A stretch of DNA of 64,000 nt from Octopus vulgaris. Taxonomy: Eukaryota. The notes below the pieces were generated by a model. It was not told the DNA's origin and did no database searches. It saw only the letters and a list, made by a program, of their open reading frames with translations. Of the stretch, positions 11,371 through 24,630 are shown piece after piece. Each line of letters opens with the position of its first letter. Within the stretch, counting starts at the first letter, position 1. The DNA lies in the NCBI GenBank assembly GCA_951406725.2, contig OX597820.1:68882001-68946000 (forward strand), in the 5' to 3' direction. Both the position numbers and the translations under genes were made by a program.

Positions 11371-12857
11371 TATATATATATATATATTTGCTTGCAACGA
11401 GTAGTACTATCCGTACGCTTCAATACGTTTGTATGGGGAATTCTTGTCATCAGTCACATGTATTCATGGTAAATTGTGCAGATGTGGATGTGTTGCACCC
11501 AAATATTTTCCTATGTAAATATCAGCAATGCTGAGAAATTCGTGTATTATGATGATACATGTACCACACACACATTCATTTATGCATATATATATGCATA
11601 TATATATATATATGTATGTATGTATATAGGTATATGTATGCATAGATATATGGTAATATATATGCATATCTATGAATATTTGCGTGTATACATACACACA
11701 CTACTGATTACCGAATGTAAAGTTGATAGATGACTATATATATATATATTCATTGTATATATACATATATATAAATATATGCCTATATGTATTTCTGTAT
11801 GTATTGCCTATACGGATTTTGAAAAGTATTCTCTGCTTGGATATCTTGTGTTTGATATTCTTTTTTCTTTCCCTTTTACTTGCGGATTTGACCATTCTAA
11901 TATAGCAGTACCAAAATTTATTCTTCCGCCAGCATTTAACTAATTAAAACATGACTCTAATTTTATTCAGAAATAAGTTAAGTCCTAATCTGTATTCTGT
12001 ATAAATAGCATTTGCATAATAATTGTGAGATCCCATTTGGATTTGGTGTGGAACATCATATTACCCGATATATAACATACATAACGACATTAGTTGCCTG
12101 AAGATTACATGCAAATTACGTATCGATTTAACACTTTCTAAACTCCAGACCGTGGTTAAGTGTCCTAACAAATTTTCTTTGTCTCCTTGGTGATGTACAG
12201 AATAGTTCTTTGAATATCGCAAAAGCAACTGTTAGGAGCCTACAGTGATACCGATGCTGAAAATTAACATCATGAATATTTGATGCGTTTTGATTCTCTA
12301 CTCATATCCATATTATTCTCAGAAGTTCTGTTTAGCTGTATTACTTTTATCGTTATCCAACCAATCAGCTATTTTCATTCTTTCTGAAATAGCTAACTAT
12401 CTATAAGTCATCTGGACACGAAGCATGTGTTGATGTACCCAGAAGATTAACATATTCGTGCAAGCCACTGCAGTCTTATTTAATATTAGATTCTATTTGT
12501 TATTAACTTTTTCTCTAATATATTACTTTAAAAAAATTATTCAATATTAAAATTTTCTCAGATGCTAAAACAGAATTCATGGTTATGCTTTGTGCAGGCT
12601 TTTTGCAGCCTATTTATCTGTTTCTTTTAAAATATAATATACAATAGAATCACATATAATCGCCAAGGTTCAGTGGAAGCAATATAAATGAATGGTCTAG
12701 TCTCTACTAATCTCTATAAATTCATTGACCATAGAATGGAGTATAAAGAGAGGACACAAATGTGCTCCTCTTTACGGAGCACATTACGGGAGAATGACCT
12801 CGCACGCACCGACACGATAGCTGACTTTCTGTAACTCTCTCTTTCTCTTTCTCTTTC

Positions 12858-12889
<32 letters not shown>

Positions 12890-12930
12890 TCCTTCTTTCT
12901 TTCTTTCTTTCTTTCTTTCTTTCATTCTTC

Positions 12931-12962
<32 letters not shown>

Positions 12963-12971
12963 TACAAAACA

Positions 12972-13017
<46 letters not shown>

Positions 13018-13026
13018 TATATATAG

Positions 13027-13210
13027 TGTTTTATGTTTATAAAATATAGACGCGTTTCGGGACACCACTGCCAGGGTTACTTTATAATCTATTGAAACAT
13101 TATATAATTGTGTTAAACCACTTCTTCAGTGTTTAGCATAAAATATACAGGTATGTATGACGACCTATAGTATAAGTACTAAATACATGTTGCATAATTA
13201 TTCAAGCTAT
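13027..13210 (-). repeat. Family H4 repeat carrying CUGAAGA and GAAACGCGUC motifs
   Basis: Homology to 9130-9282. Plus strand has GACGCGTTTC at 13049-13058 and TCTTCAG at 13123-13129. Confidence 0.6.
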
Positions 13211-13567
13211 TTTTGTTTTTTATCTAGCACCTTGAGTTTCAGGTAACTACGATCTTTAGGCGAGACCAGTTGCTACTCGATTTAGGTGAAATTTGTGTGT
13301 GTGAAAAGCCCATACTGAGCATATTTTCTTTCAAGCAAATTCAATTATTCTAAACTAAGAAACGTCTGGTTGATTTTATAGTGAAGTTTCTGTTAAGGTT
13401 AATGAATTATAACTGCTCAGTGTTTGATGAAATAGGTAGCCATTGTGGCTAAAATACAATGGATTACAGAAAACAGTTAAAACAAAAAAAGCAACTCAAG
13501 TATTTTCTTAGAATCCAATCGATTAACCATTTTGTAAGCAAACACAGACGTCATGCAGGCTGCCTTG

Positions 13568-13621
<54 letters not shown>

Positions 13622-13625
13622 GTAA

Positions 13626-13664
<39 letters not shown>

Positions 13665-14411
13665 AATTAATTACAATTATGATATATGAATCATACAGTA
13701 TTTTTAATTATTTCCTACATATCCAATCGGTTCGACCATTCTATATGCAAGAAAGTGTGCTCCTGTCTGACTGTCTGTCTGTCTGCCATAGTTGTTGCTT
13801 TTGCAACTGTTGTTTTTATTATTCAACCGCTGCTCTTCTTTAATCAAGCTAAGTTACTATCCAATACTTTCAAATACTATGCAGCTATATCAGAAACATA
13901 TGTGTCTGTATTATCAATGTCCTGTCATTATTCAAAATAGATGAGTGTTATTAGAAAGGCATTTTTGCGCTATATATATTTGGCCTTTCGACCGACCATG
14001 TGTAGCAATTGATAAAACTATTTTAGCAATGAACTCAGCTATCTTAGAAATATTTTATAGCTGTTCCGTTCCCGGGCTTAACTGCCTCGTTTAAAGAATC
14101 CGAATAATAGATCTGCTATAATGATACCATATTCCAAGATATGCTTCCGTTGCACACGCTTAAGTATTTATAACATGATACAAATGATTCGATTCAGATA
14201 ATACAAGGATATGGTATTGAAATAAAGATTCAGTTCTATTCAGTACTGAATTAATTGCCCGTATATAATTGTTTTTATTTAGTTTTCTACTACACCGCTT
14301 GCGAATTGTCGAGGTCGTGACTTGGCGTCTCAAGCAAACCTCAGTTTATGCCAGGCCTACATCCTGTATAATTGTGTATAATTGTAAACACACATGCATA
14401 TACGTGCACTA

Positions 14412-14477
<66 letters not shown>

Positions 14478-14541
14478 TACATACATACATGCAACCATAC
14501 ATACATATACATGCGTACATATTGTGCACATATATATATAT

Positions 14542-14584
<43 letters not shown>

Positions 14585-14661
14585 TGTATATATACACATT
14601 AATACATACTTACATATATAGATAAAACAATCTTACATATAGACGTGTGTGTATGTGTGTA

Positions 14662-14727
<66 letters not shown>

Positions 14728-15397
14728 CATGCGTGTGTGCACGCGTGTATAAAATAGAAAAGCACGAAAAGGATAATCGGAAATTTTTGTTTCGTTCTCA
14801 GCTAACATGTGTTTGATTGTCGAGTTCTATTTTATTTCCATTTTTTTCTTCATTTTTAATGTATACATCTAATTTCTTTACATGTTCTATTGCATCGTTC
14901 ACTCAGTGAGAATTTTATTGTTCTGCGTATTGGAGTTTTACTAGAATGAATGACAACGACTAAGGAATTTCTGTAACATGAGGATAAGAAAAAAAAATCC
15001 ACATATATATATACACTGCTGCATATGTAATACAGATATGCTGAGAACATTTTAGTATTCTAAATTTTCAATCGGTGACTTTATGCTTCCTCGGTCTCAG
15101 AACAGAATTCGATGTGAGCTATCGTTTTACTATTCAACAGTCGTGAAAGAAGAAGATGCAGGAAGCTGGAGAGAAAGAAGTTATTAGGAGGAAAAAAAAA
15201 ACCTACAGAGGAGGAATGGTGTAAAAGGAAGTGCAGGAGGATATTTAACGTTGCAAACAATGAATCGATTTAGTTATGAAAGAATATCCATGTGGGGAAC
15301 AAAATCTGAATTATTCTGACAAGAAAGCTTTTACGCAAAGGCAATACCTGGTAAGATATAGGAATAAAATTCCTCTCTCTCTCTCTCTCTCTCTCTG

Positions 15398-15461
<64 letters not shown>

Positions 15462-15566
15462 TATACATATATATATATATACATATATATATATTTACAT
15501 ATATACATATATACATATATATATACAAATATATATACGCACACACACACACACATATGTATATAT

Positions 15567-15972
15567 AGACACAGGCGTGGCTGTGTGGTAAGAAGCTTGC
15601 TTCTCAACCACATGGTTCCGGGTTCAGTTCTAGTGCGTGGCAATTTGGGCGAGTGCCTTCTACTATAGCTTCAGACCGACCAAATCCTTCTGAGTGGAAT
15701 TAGGAGACGGAAATTGAAAGAAGCCTATCGTATATATGTATATATATGTACATGTTTGTGTGTTTGTATCTCTGTTTGTCCCCGCTCCCGCAATATTTGC
15801 TTGACAACCAAATGTTGGTGTGTGTTCGTCACACTAACATGGCAGTAAGAGAACGATAGAATAATTACCAAGTTTACAAAGAATAAGTCCAGGGGTCAAT
15901 TTCTTCGAGTAAAATGTGGTGCTCTAGCAAGGCCACAGTCAAAATGACTGAAACAAGTAAAAGAATAAGAGA
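15567..15972 (+). mobile_element. SINE family A, diverged full-length copy
   Basis: GGCGTGGCTGTGTGGTAAGAAGCTTGC..GGTTCAGTTC..TTGGGCGAGTG..GGTGCTCTAGCAAGGCCACAGTCAAAATGACTGAAACAAGTAAAAG. Confidence 0.88.
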
Positions 15973-16098
15973 ATATATATATTGTTGTATTTAGGGATGG
16001 TGATGTGGTCATGTTGCCAGTTTAGCCAATAGATATATATATATATATATATATACTTAGAAATGGATGCGTGGAGATCCATCATATAATATTATAAA

Positions 16099-16139
<41 letters not shown>

Positions 16140-16153
<14 letters not shown>

Positions 16154-16809
16154 TATATACATACATATATGTACATACTTACATATATATGTATATATAC
16201 ATGCATGTATGGGTACAGGACATAAAAAAACGTTGAACAAAACGAGAAACGAAAGCATAAAAACAAAACATAGAAACGAACTTTTTTTCAAACAGCGAAA
16301 AAAACTGAGTACAAGACATACAACACTAGGAATATTCCCCTTCTTCAGTTGTTCCTATTCAGAACATTTTTTCCATCGTCTTGACTTAACATCTCTCACC
16401 GTTTGCTTTTACTGTGTTATTCTCATTGTTCTGTCTTTTACTGTTTTTACTTTTGTATTGTTTTTACTCTCTTGTTTTGTTCTTACTGTCCTGTTCTTGT
16501 TACCACTTTTACCCTCCGCAAAAATCCCAAATCTTATTTAATTTGCTTTGCGGTAAGGACTGTTTTAACGAAGTCGCTTGTTGTCCTTACCTTCACTACG
16601 CGGAGTAGATGAAACAGAGGACAACTGGAGAAGGGGAATATTCCTTGTGTTGTATGTCGTGTACTCTGTTATTCTCGTTGTGTGAAAAAAATTTTCGTTT
16701 CTGTTTTCGCTTCTCATTTTGTTCAACTTTTTTTTTATATCCTGTACCCATATATGCATGTATATATACATATATATGTAGGCATGTACATATATGTATG
16801 TATATATGC

Positions 16810-16830
<21 letters not shown>
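16140..16830 (+). mobile_element. Family H3 element with an inverted copy of its own 3' tail at the 5' end (about 210-bp arms)
   Basis: 16140-16356 is the reverse complement of 16618-16830 (e.g. GGAATATTCCCCTTCTTCAGTTG / CAACTGGAGAAGGGGAATATTCC and ATGGGTACAGGA / TCCTGTACCCAT). The spacer is homologous to 590-840. Confidence 0.8.
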
Positions 16831-16890
<60 letters not shown>

Positions 16891-17194
16891 TATTATATTA
16901 TATTATGTTATAATATATTATAGGAAAAATCAAAAAGGAAGTCAGAACAAGTATCTCAAGTTATTTACAGTAATTTAGTTAGGGTAAGGTGAATTTCACC
17001 TCACCATAATTAAGTTACTCGTTCTGCCTTGGTTTTTGATTTTATTTTAATATAATTTATACCTGCTATAACGAAACCATTTTACGGATACCTAGATCGA
17101 ACCTGAGCTGTGATCTTGCAACCTAACGGTCGATCATCTATAGCACTTACTCAGAGTACCTATTTGTTTACATCACAAGCGAACTAAACTCGTC

Positions 17195-17245
<51 letters not shown>

Positions 17246-17630
17246 CTCTCTCTCTTTCTCTTTCTCTTAATAACAAATAAAATCCCGTTGTCTTAAAATA
17301 GGAAAAGAAGCATTACGTAATGCTACACAACCCTAAAATATGGGGTGAACAGCCTGTAAAGCCTTTAATCATTATTATGGTTGATCAGGTTTGATTTGGA
17401 GTTAAAACAACCGGAATAAAACCTAAGAACTATCGACACAAGACAGATTTTAATTGGTAGCTTTATTTTCTATAAATAGCAGCGAAACCTTTCTCGAATT
17501 GCAGATGACTGCTGTCTTTAAAATGTCATATTTGCTTGGGGTAACATGGGCGCCTACTTCCAATGTACTTGAGAAAATGGCTTTTATTGATCATAGTTTT
17601 AGTAATATAAGGATAGCCTAGATGTTAACG

Positions 17631-17696
<66 letters not shown>

Positions 17697-17798
17697 TTAC
17701 CACTACTACAACTGCTGCTGCTGCTGCTACCACTACTAAAATGATAATTAATATGTAACATTGACCGAAAAATACGAAAATTGTTGACAATACATAGA

Positions 17799-18935
17799 AT
17801 GCACCAGCCTAAGGCAGATAAAGAACGACTTTACCTGCTAAGAAAAGAGGGTGGCTGTGGACCACAATTGGCCTCAGCACCTACTGGAAAAACTCTGAGG
17901 ACTAGATGTTAAAACTTGTTTTAAAGCATGAAAACAAGAAAGCATCATACGCAGTAACAAAACAGGCAAAGGAATATCTGACTGAACTCCAAATACAACA
18001 AATCTCAGAATAAGACGTACTGGAATCGAGCACTTAAAAAGCTAAACGTAAAATATCACATGCTAAAACTGCTGCCTTAGATATTTTTAATAATAAATTG
18101 CAGTGTCTTCTGGCCTAAAATCAGAAACAAAGGGGTTTATCATAGCAGCCAAGATCAATGCCTACCTACAAGGAGCAACCAAGCCAACATATAAAAGAAC
18201 AGCAGTAGCCCAACATGTCGTGTATATAAACAAAAAGATGAAACCATTGATCACGTCTCCATGTGGAGTCTTCTTGCGCCTACAGAGTATCTCAACAGGC
18301 ATGATAGAGCTGCACAGTATATTCACTGGGTAATTTGCAAGAACCTGGACCTGTCTCATGATAAAAACTGTAGGGAGCACAAATCACCTCCAGCGCTTGA
18401 AAATGACAACATCTCACTCATCTGGAATTTCACTGTTCAAACTGACAAAAAGATAGATGCGAATAGGTCAGATATTATATTGAAAAACTTCAGACAAAAT
18501 CATGCCTCCTCATTGATATGACTGTGCCAATTGACATAAATATATTTGTCCAGACCTACCAAAGACTGAGCAAATATAAAGATCTTGAAATAGAAACTGG
18601 TAAAATGTGAAACCTGAAGACTAAAATAATACATGTTGTCATAGGTGCCTTAGGAATGATAGAAAAGGGCCTGGTTGATACCTAACTCAGATACGAGGAA
18701 ACCACAAAAATGGCAGAAGTTCAAAAGATAGTGCTCATGGAAAATACCCGTATCCTACGTAAATTACTGTCTATGTCATCTCAAATTTTAAAACAAACTC
18801 CTAATTTTCTTACGTTTTCTTAAACATTTTCTAGAACAATACTATGTACAAAACCAAATATATGACACCGTAGGCATAACACCAACTTGGACCTCTCTGG
18901 GTGAGACTTGAAGTCAACTTGTACATAGAGAAAGC
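17799..18935 (+). mobile_element. R4/Dong-type non-LTR retrotransposon, 5'-truncated and decayed (post-RT region, zinc knuckle, restriction-like endonuclease, 3' UTR)
   Basis: Across frames: MHQPKADKERLYLLRKEGG, GLKSETKGFIIAA.DQ, CRV..ETIDH, YLNRHDRAAQYIHW, LIWNFTVQTDKKIDANRSDII, LIDMTVP, SKYKDLEIE, VVIGALG, VQKIVLM. Confidence 0.9.
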
Positions 18936-19170
18936 AACCCTTATTCAGGGACCTTTTGAGCGGGATGGGTTACTCGACCAGAAGAAAATTCTAACTGAGC
19001 TTCACCTGCAAGGTCATGTGTTGTTTATCTTGATATGAGATCCCCATGCCACGCATGTGATGCATGTGCCTGGTGTACCCTTATCAGACGGGTAGTCATG
19101 ATGGGTATACTGGGCTTCGTATATTTTACCCCAGTGTCACTTTGATGGCATGCACTGCTCTCTCACTAAA
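18936..19170 (+). mobile_element. 5'-truncated copy of the 555-bp non-coding (AAT)n-associated element at 39369-39925
   Basis: Near-identical to 39686-39925 (ACCCTTATTCAG.GACCTTTTGAGCGGGATGGG...GGCATGCACTGCTCTCTCACT). Confidence 0.9.
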
Positions 19171-19173
19171 TAG

Positions 19174-19217
<44 letters not shown>

Positions 19218-19221
19218 ATAC

Positions 19222-19274
<53 letters not shown>

Positions 19275-19442
19275 GTTTCAAATTTTGGCAGAAGGTTAGC
19301 AATTTCGACCCAATATTCAACTGGTACATTTTTCATCGAGACCGGAAGGATGTAAGCCAAAGTTGATCTCGGCTGAAATTAAACGCAGAAAGCACTGAGC
19401 GTTTTGTCCGGCGTGCTAACGACCCTGCCAGCTCGCTGCCTT
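19275..19442 (-). mobile_element. SINE family B, diverged
   Basis: CGGCGTGCTAACGACCCTGCCAGCTCGCTGCC and AAAGTTGATCTCGGC are the reverse complement of the family B head and core. Confidence 0.75.
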
Positions 19443-19565
19443 GGATAAGTTATGACTGAAACAAAGACGAGATATTGTTATGACTTTCTGACGATGAGTA
19501 ACGAGGGAGGAGCATGTCCACATCGTGTGTGCAATTTTTCTGTGAGTTCCTCTATCGATTTTAAT

Positions 19566-19602
<37 letters not shown>

Positions 19603-19649
19603 TTGTTTCACACTGTCATTACACTGCGGCAATGCTGGGTCATATATGC

Positions 19650-19697
<48 letters not shown>

Positions 19698-19998
19698 GTT
19701 TATATTTATAATATATATGTACATGTATATGTGTGTGTGCACATGTTGGTGAATGGCCGCGTGTGTGTATATGTGTGTGTTTACCTAAAGAAATTTAATA
19801 AGTCACCTGACAGTATATAAAAACTATTTAATTCCAATATATATTCATGCTCAAGAACTGAATGAATCTAATAAGAGCATTTAAATCTGAAACATCATGA
19901 AAATTGTTCAAACTGAAGTCCTTCTAGAGCGACAATTTTTTTGAAATTTGAGTCAATACAGAATTACAGATAGTATTTATAGAATTTTGATTTACACT

Positions 19999-20022
19999 CG
20001 GGTGACTTTTGGCCAACCTTGT
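19999..20022 (-). mobile_element. Solo Tc1/mariner-type terminal sequence
   Basis: GGGTGACTTTTGGCCAACCTTG-TA reads TA-CAAGGTTGGCCAAAAGTCACCC on the minus strand, resembling the TIR at 1741/2969. No partner end seen. Confidence 0.4.
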
Positions 20023-20057
20023 ATATATATATATATTATATATATATATATACATAC

Positions 20058-20138
<81 letters not shown>

Positions 20139-20482
20139 GAATGTACTAGAGTGGATGGAAGCGCTAATATATGATTTATAAAAACATGACATATTAATAA
20201 AAATCTGTAAGTATAAAAACCATCCAGATTTCTGAGTACCTTATTTCTTCTAATATATAATACCTGTACAACACCTCCAAACCTTCTAATATATATAAAT
20301 ATATATATATATATAAAGATAAAATAGGGAGAGAATACTGTTCTAAAGAGTCAAGGATATTCCACTACCTTAAATAATCCAAATCTCTCACTTCAGAGAT
20401 TCACTTATTTTATATCGATCCAAGTTTCCATGTAGAAAAAAACGGCACTCCGATTTTAAGAAATTTGAACTCGTATATTTAC

Positions 20483-20641
20483 CTTCGTGAGTTTGTCTGT
20501 AAGCGTTTCTGTAAGCGAGCCTAGGTTAGCATGTGCGTGTATGCAACATCCCTGTGTCTTTTGATAATAGTTTGGCTCGTCCTTCTCTTTTGTTTTGTTT
20601 TGTTTTTTGAATTTTCTTCTGCTGGAACTAAAGTCAGTCAT
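20483..20641 (-). CDS. Candidate first coding exon (53 codons, MTDFSSSRRKF...LTDKLTK), unverified
   Basis: ATG in AAACATGA context and phase-0 donor AAG|GTAAAT at 20483/20482. Lies in a roughly 600-bp repeat-free, CpG-containing island (20460-21060). Confidence 0.3.
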
Positions 20642-21404
20642 GTTTCAATATCCCGGCCAGCATCCAAACATTTTCGCATTTCATAGACGCAAACATCGCC
20701 GCTTTTAATAGTTATTATAAAACAATACTGTATTTGTGCACCTGCTCGTTGACAGCCGAAATGAATCTGTCAGTATCATTAAGACAGGTCGACTGCTTTA
20801 AATGGATGACATCGTACGATGCTTCCTGTAGGATGATAGAAAATCCTTATGGTGCTGTAAATATTTAATTCAGACTGGAAATGCCATGTCTGAGTCGTGT
20901 CAGAGCGACTTGCTAGCAGGACGGTCAGGGTGGCAGCAAAATTCTTCTCAACTCTCGTTCACATATTCAGTTCAGTCACAATCAGCAGCCGCATGCATGC
21001 CAAGGCTTGTGTCTGTTATAATCATGTTTTCGTTAACTCAACTAGGCGTTGTCACGTAAAAAATAAAGAAAGAATACGAAAGAGTACTTGATTACACCTA
21101 TTTCAATATACTATATATTTTTAACGGTTCTGAAGGGGAAACAGAAAACTTATTCGTTTATACTGGGGAGATTGAACTAGGGAATATAAAATTTAAGCAT
21201 ACATTTTTTCAAGGCATTTAAATCACTCCTTCTTTGCTGTGAATTTGAATAGAACACAAAATAACATTCTTAAAGCTATATTCCTTATTCAATTTTTTTT
21301 TCTGTGTTATACCAGCGGTGCTTATACTATGGGTGACTGTATAATTCTGAAAGTGACCAAACGGCAAAAATATCTTGATGTTCAGATATCTTATATATTT
21401 TACC

Positions 21405-21606
21405 TCTTACTTGCTTTAGTTATTGGACTGCGTCCATGCTGGAGTACCGCATTGAAAGATTTCATTCGAACAAATCAACCCGCTACTATTTTTAAGTCTA
21501 GCACATACTTCATCTGTCTATTTTTGCCGAACCGCTAGGCTACAAGCACGTCATCGTTTGTCAAGCAGCGGTACGGTCAAACACACAGACCCAACACGCG
21601 CACATG

Positions 21607-21644
<38 letters not shown>

Positions 21645-21698
21645 GATATATATATATATATATGTATGTATGTATGTATGTGTGTGTATACATATATG

Positions 21699-21760
<62 letters not shown>

Positions 21761-21925
21761 TATACAAAGATAAGCTTCCACCCAACTTCCTTCTGTCAAA
21801 TTCATTCACAAGGCGTTCTTTCATCTAGAACTATATCAGAAGACACTTGCCCATGGTGCCGCAACATGGGACTGAACTCAAAAGCAAGTGGTTGTAAAAG
21901 CGAGCTTCTTAACTCCACAGCCGTT
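21405..21925 (-). mobile_element. SINE family A, diverged, with expanded internal microsatellite
   Basis: GACTGCGTCCATGCTGGAGTACCGC (tail), TTTTGCCGAACCGCTA, AGAAGACACTTGCCCATGGTGCCGC..GGGACTGAAC (head). Confidence 0.8.
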
Positions 21926-22293
21926 TCTGGTTCTACAGTTGATGAATTGTAAAATATTCCTGAATATATTATACAATAAACTATAAGCATTATTAAATCT
22001 CCCTCATCCTCCATGATAAGCATTCGATTATTTCACTCGTTGATTTATTCTTCGTAAAATTTACAAATAAACGGTTGGATATTTTTGAGATGCGTGTATT
22101 TTTAACGTAATTCCCGAACAAATCTGAGTTGCACAGAATACTAAGGCTGGACTTTAGATTAAGGCAGAATACAGAGATTGAGCGATAGAGAAAGAGAGAG
22201 AGTGTGCATGGTTTCAGAGAGCGATAGACTGATAGGTAGGGCATTTGAGAGAAAAGCAAGTGAAAAGCTGGGAGAGAAAAGCAAGTGAGAGGG

Positions 22294-22336
<43 letters not shown>

Positions 22337-22384
22337 TAGAGATAGAGAGAGAGAGAATGAGAGAGAAGAATCGACTCTTAAGCT

Positions 22385-22472
22385 GAGCTGGTATTTGATC
22401 GACCTCCAAAAGATGAAAGGCAAAGTTGACCTTCGAGGCATGTGAAATCTCTCTCCCTCCCTCTCTCTCTCA

Positions 22473-22537
<65 letters not shown>

Positions 22538-22705
22538 GCACGCATATACTCGACGGGCATCTTTCAGTTTCTGACCAACAAATCCACCCAAAAATTTTGA
22601 TCGACCCGAAGCTATAGCAGAAGATACTTGCCCAAGGTGCAACGCATTGGGGCTGAACCCGGAGACAAGTGGTTATGAAGCAAACGTCTTAGCACACAAC
22701 CACGA
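22385..22705 (-). mobile_element. Adjacent SINE fragments: family B core (22385-22447) and family A 5' half (22550-22705)
   Basis: GATGAAAGGCAAAGTTGACCTTCG; CGACGGGCATCTTTCAGTTTC..GAAGATACTTGCCCAAGGTGC..GGGCTGAACCCGG. Confidence 0.75.
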
Positions 22706-24279
22706 ACGTATGTGTGTGTGTGTGCTTGTATGTGTGTTATTAATAACGTGCAAAAGTTGGAGAGTGGCTCAGGAACCGAGAGTTTCGCCCGTTGGCACTA
22801 ATACCTGCCAGCGTCACTCCAAAACTTTTGCCAGTTATGAATGATAAAAAAATTATATGTTTGGGTTCCCTGTTCTTGTTTCCATCACCACATCCATATA
22901 TACATACATACATACATGTGTGTATGTATGTATGTATGTATGTATGTATGTATGTATGTATGTATGTATGCATGTATGTATGTATGCATGTATGTATATA
23001 TGTATGTATGTGAGTATGTATTTCTAATGACTGATCATTTTCATTTTTACACATATACATCTGAAAATTAAATTACTTAAGTTTCTCCTCAAACTTACAA
23101 ATTCTCTAAAATATTTTCACAGTAGATATGTGAAATAAATAAATAATATATAAATGAATAAATAAATAATAATAAATAAATCCTGCGAAATATTTAAGAA
23201 ATTGCATGCACACGGAAACACACATGCATATGTATACATACACACTCATGGGGAAATAAAGTTATGTATGTATGCATGTATATATGTACGTATGTATGTA
23301 TGCACGTATGTATGTATGTTTGTACTACGTACGGACGTACGTATGTATGTATGTAGGTATGTCTGTATGTACTTATGTATGCCTGTACGTATGCATGTAT
23401 ATATATGTACGTATGTATGTACGTAGTACTATGTATGTATGTATGTATGTATGTATGTGAGGTGCGCGTGTACGCATGTTTGTGTATGATAGTATATTGG
23501 TTCCAATAATTTTAATCTTGAAAAGATACATTAAACTATGCTTCAAATGCTAACGTATTTTGATATTCCAATATTTCTCTAAAAAAATACTTAACTTCCT
23601 TTAGTGGAAAATTGTTTCATGTTCTGTCTCTACGAGTAAGAAAAAGTATGTGAAAACTTTTGCTTTCCTTGTATTTGTTTTTACTTATCCCTGACTAACA
23701 CTCCACTGGATTTAATACTACCAAACACCACTAGTTGTTCTTTTGATAATTTTAGCAGGATTTACTCTTTAGTAAAATTCGAAACAGACTATCGATTTTT
23801 TTCTATACCTCCGTTTTTTACTGCGGTTATTGATCGGCAAAAATTCAGACTGTCATGGATCACGATGATCTCACTAGTTTTCGAGAGCTGAAAGCGTTAA
23901 ATTCATGGAATCGTTAGAGAAATGGACAGAGTTCTTCGAGTTTATTTTGTTCTGAAGTGAACATTGACTTCCATCCCTTCAACGTCGATAAAATCTGAGA
24001 ATTCTGAGCAGGACTTTAATTCGAGTGTTGGAAAATATGCCCTGACATATTTGGTCGCTGGGTTTTGATAACAACGCCTGTAATTCGACTGATTTTAACC
24101 TATATCGGCCGAAGATGGGGACGCTACACTTTAGATGTATGTATGATGTGGAGAAAGAAATTTTACATACAGGAGTACCTTCCACTCTTCACTTCTTACG
24201 TGGGTCTGCCTATACAAGTGAAGATACATTATCTGAGAAGATATACAAATTCACTGGGCACTGCCCTTTTTTCTGATTA

Positions 24280-24438
24280 TTCCTTTATTCTTTTACTCGT
24301 TTCAATAATTTGACTGAGGCCATGCTGGAGCACCGTCATTAGTCGAGCAAATCGATCACAGGTCTTATTCTTTGTAAGCCTAGTACTTATTCTATCGGTC
24401 CCTTTTGCCGATGTTGGGGGGACAAACAGAGATACACG

Positions 24439-24495
<57 letters not shown>

Positions 24496-24630
24496 CAGTT
24501 TCCGTCTACCAAATCCACTCACAAGGCTTTGGTTGGCCTGAGGCTACAGTAGAAGACACCTGCCCAAGGTGCAGTGGGACTGAACTTGGGACCATGTGGT
24601 TGGTAGGCAAGCTACTTACCACACAGCCAC
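24280..24630 (-). mobile_element. SINE family A with internal deletions
   Basis: GACTGAGGCCATGCTGGAGCACCG..TTTCAGTTTCCGTCTACCAAATCCACTCACAAGGC..CTACTTACCACACAGCCAC. Confidence 0.88.
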
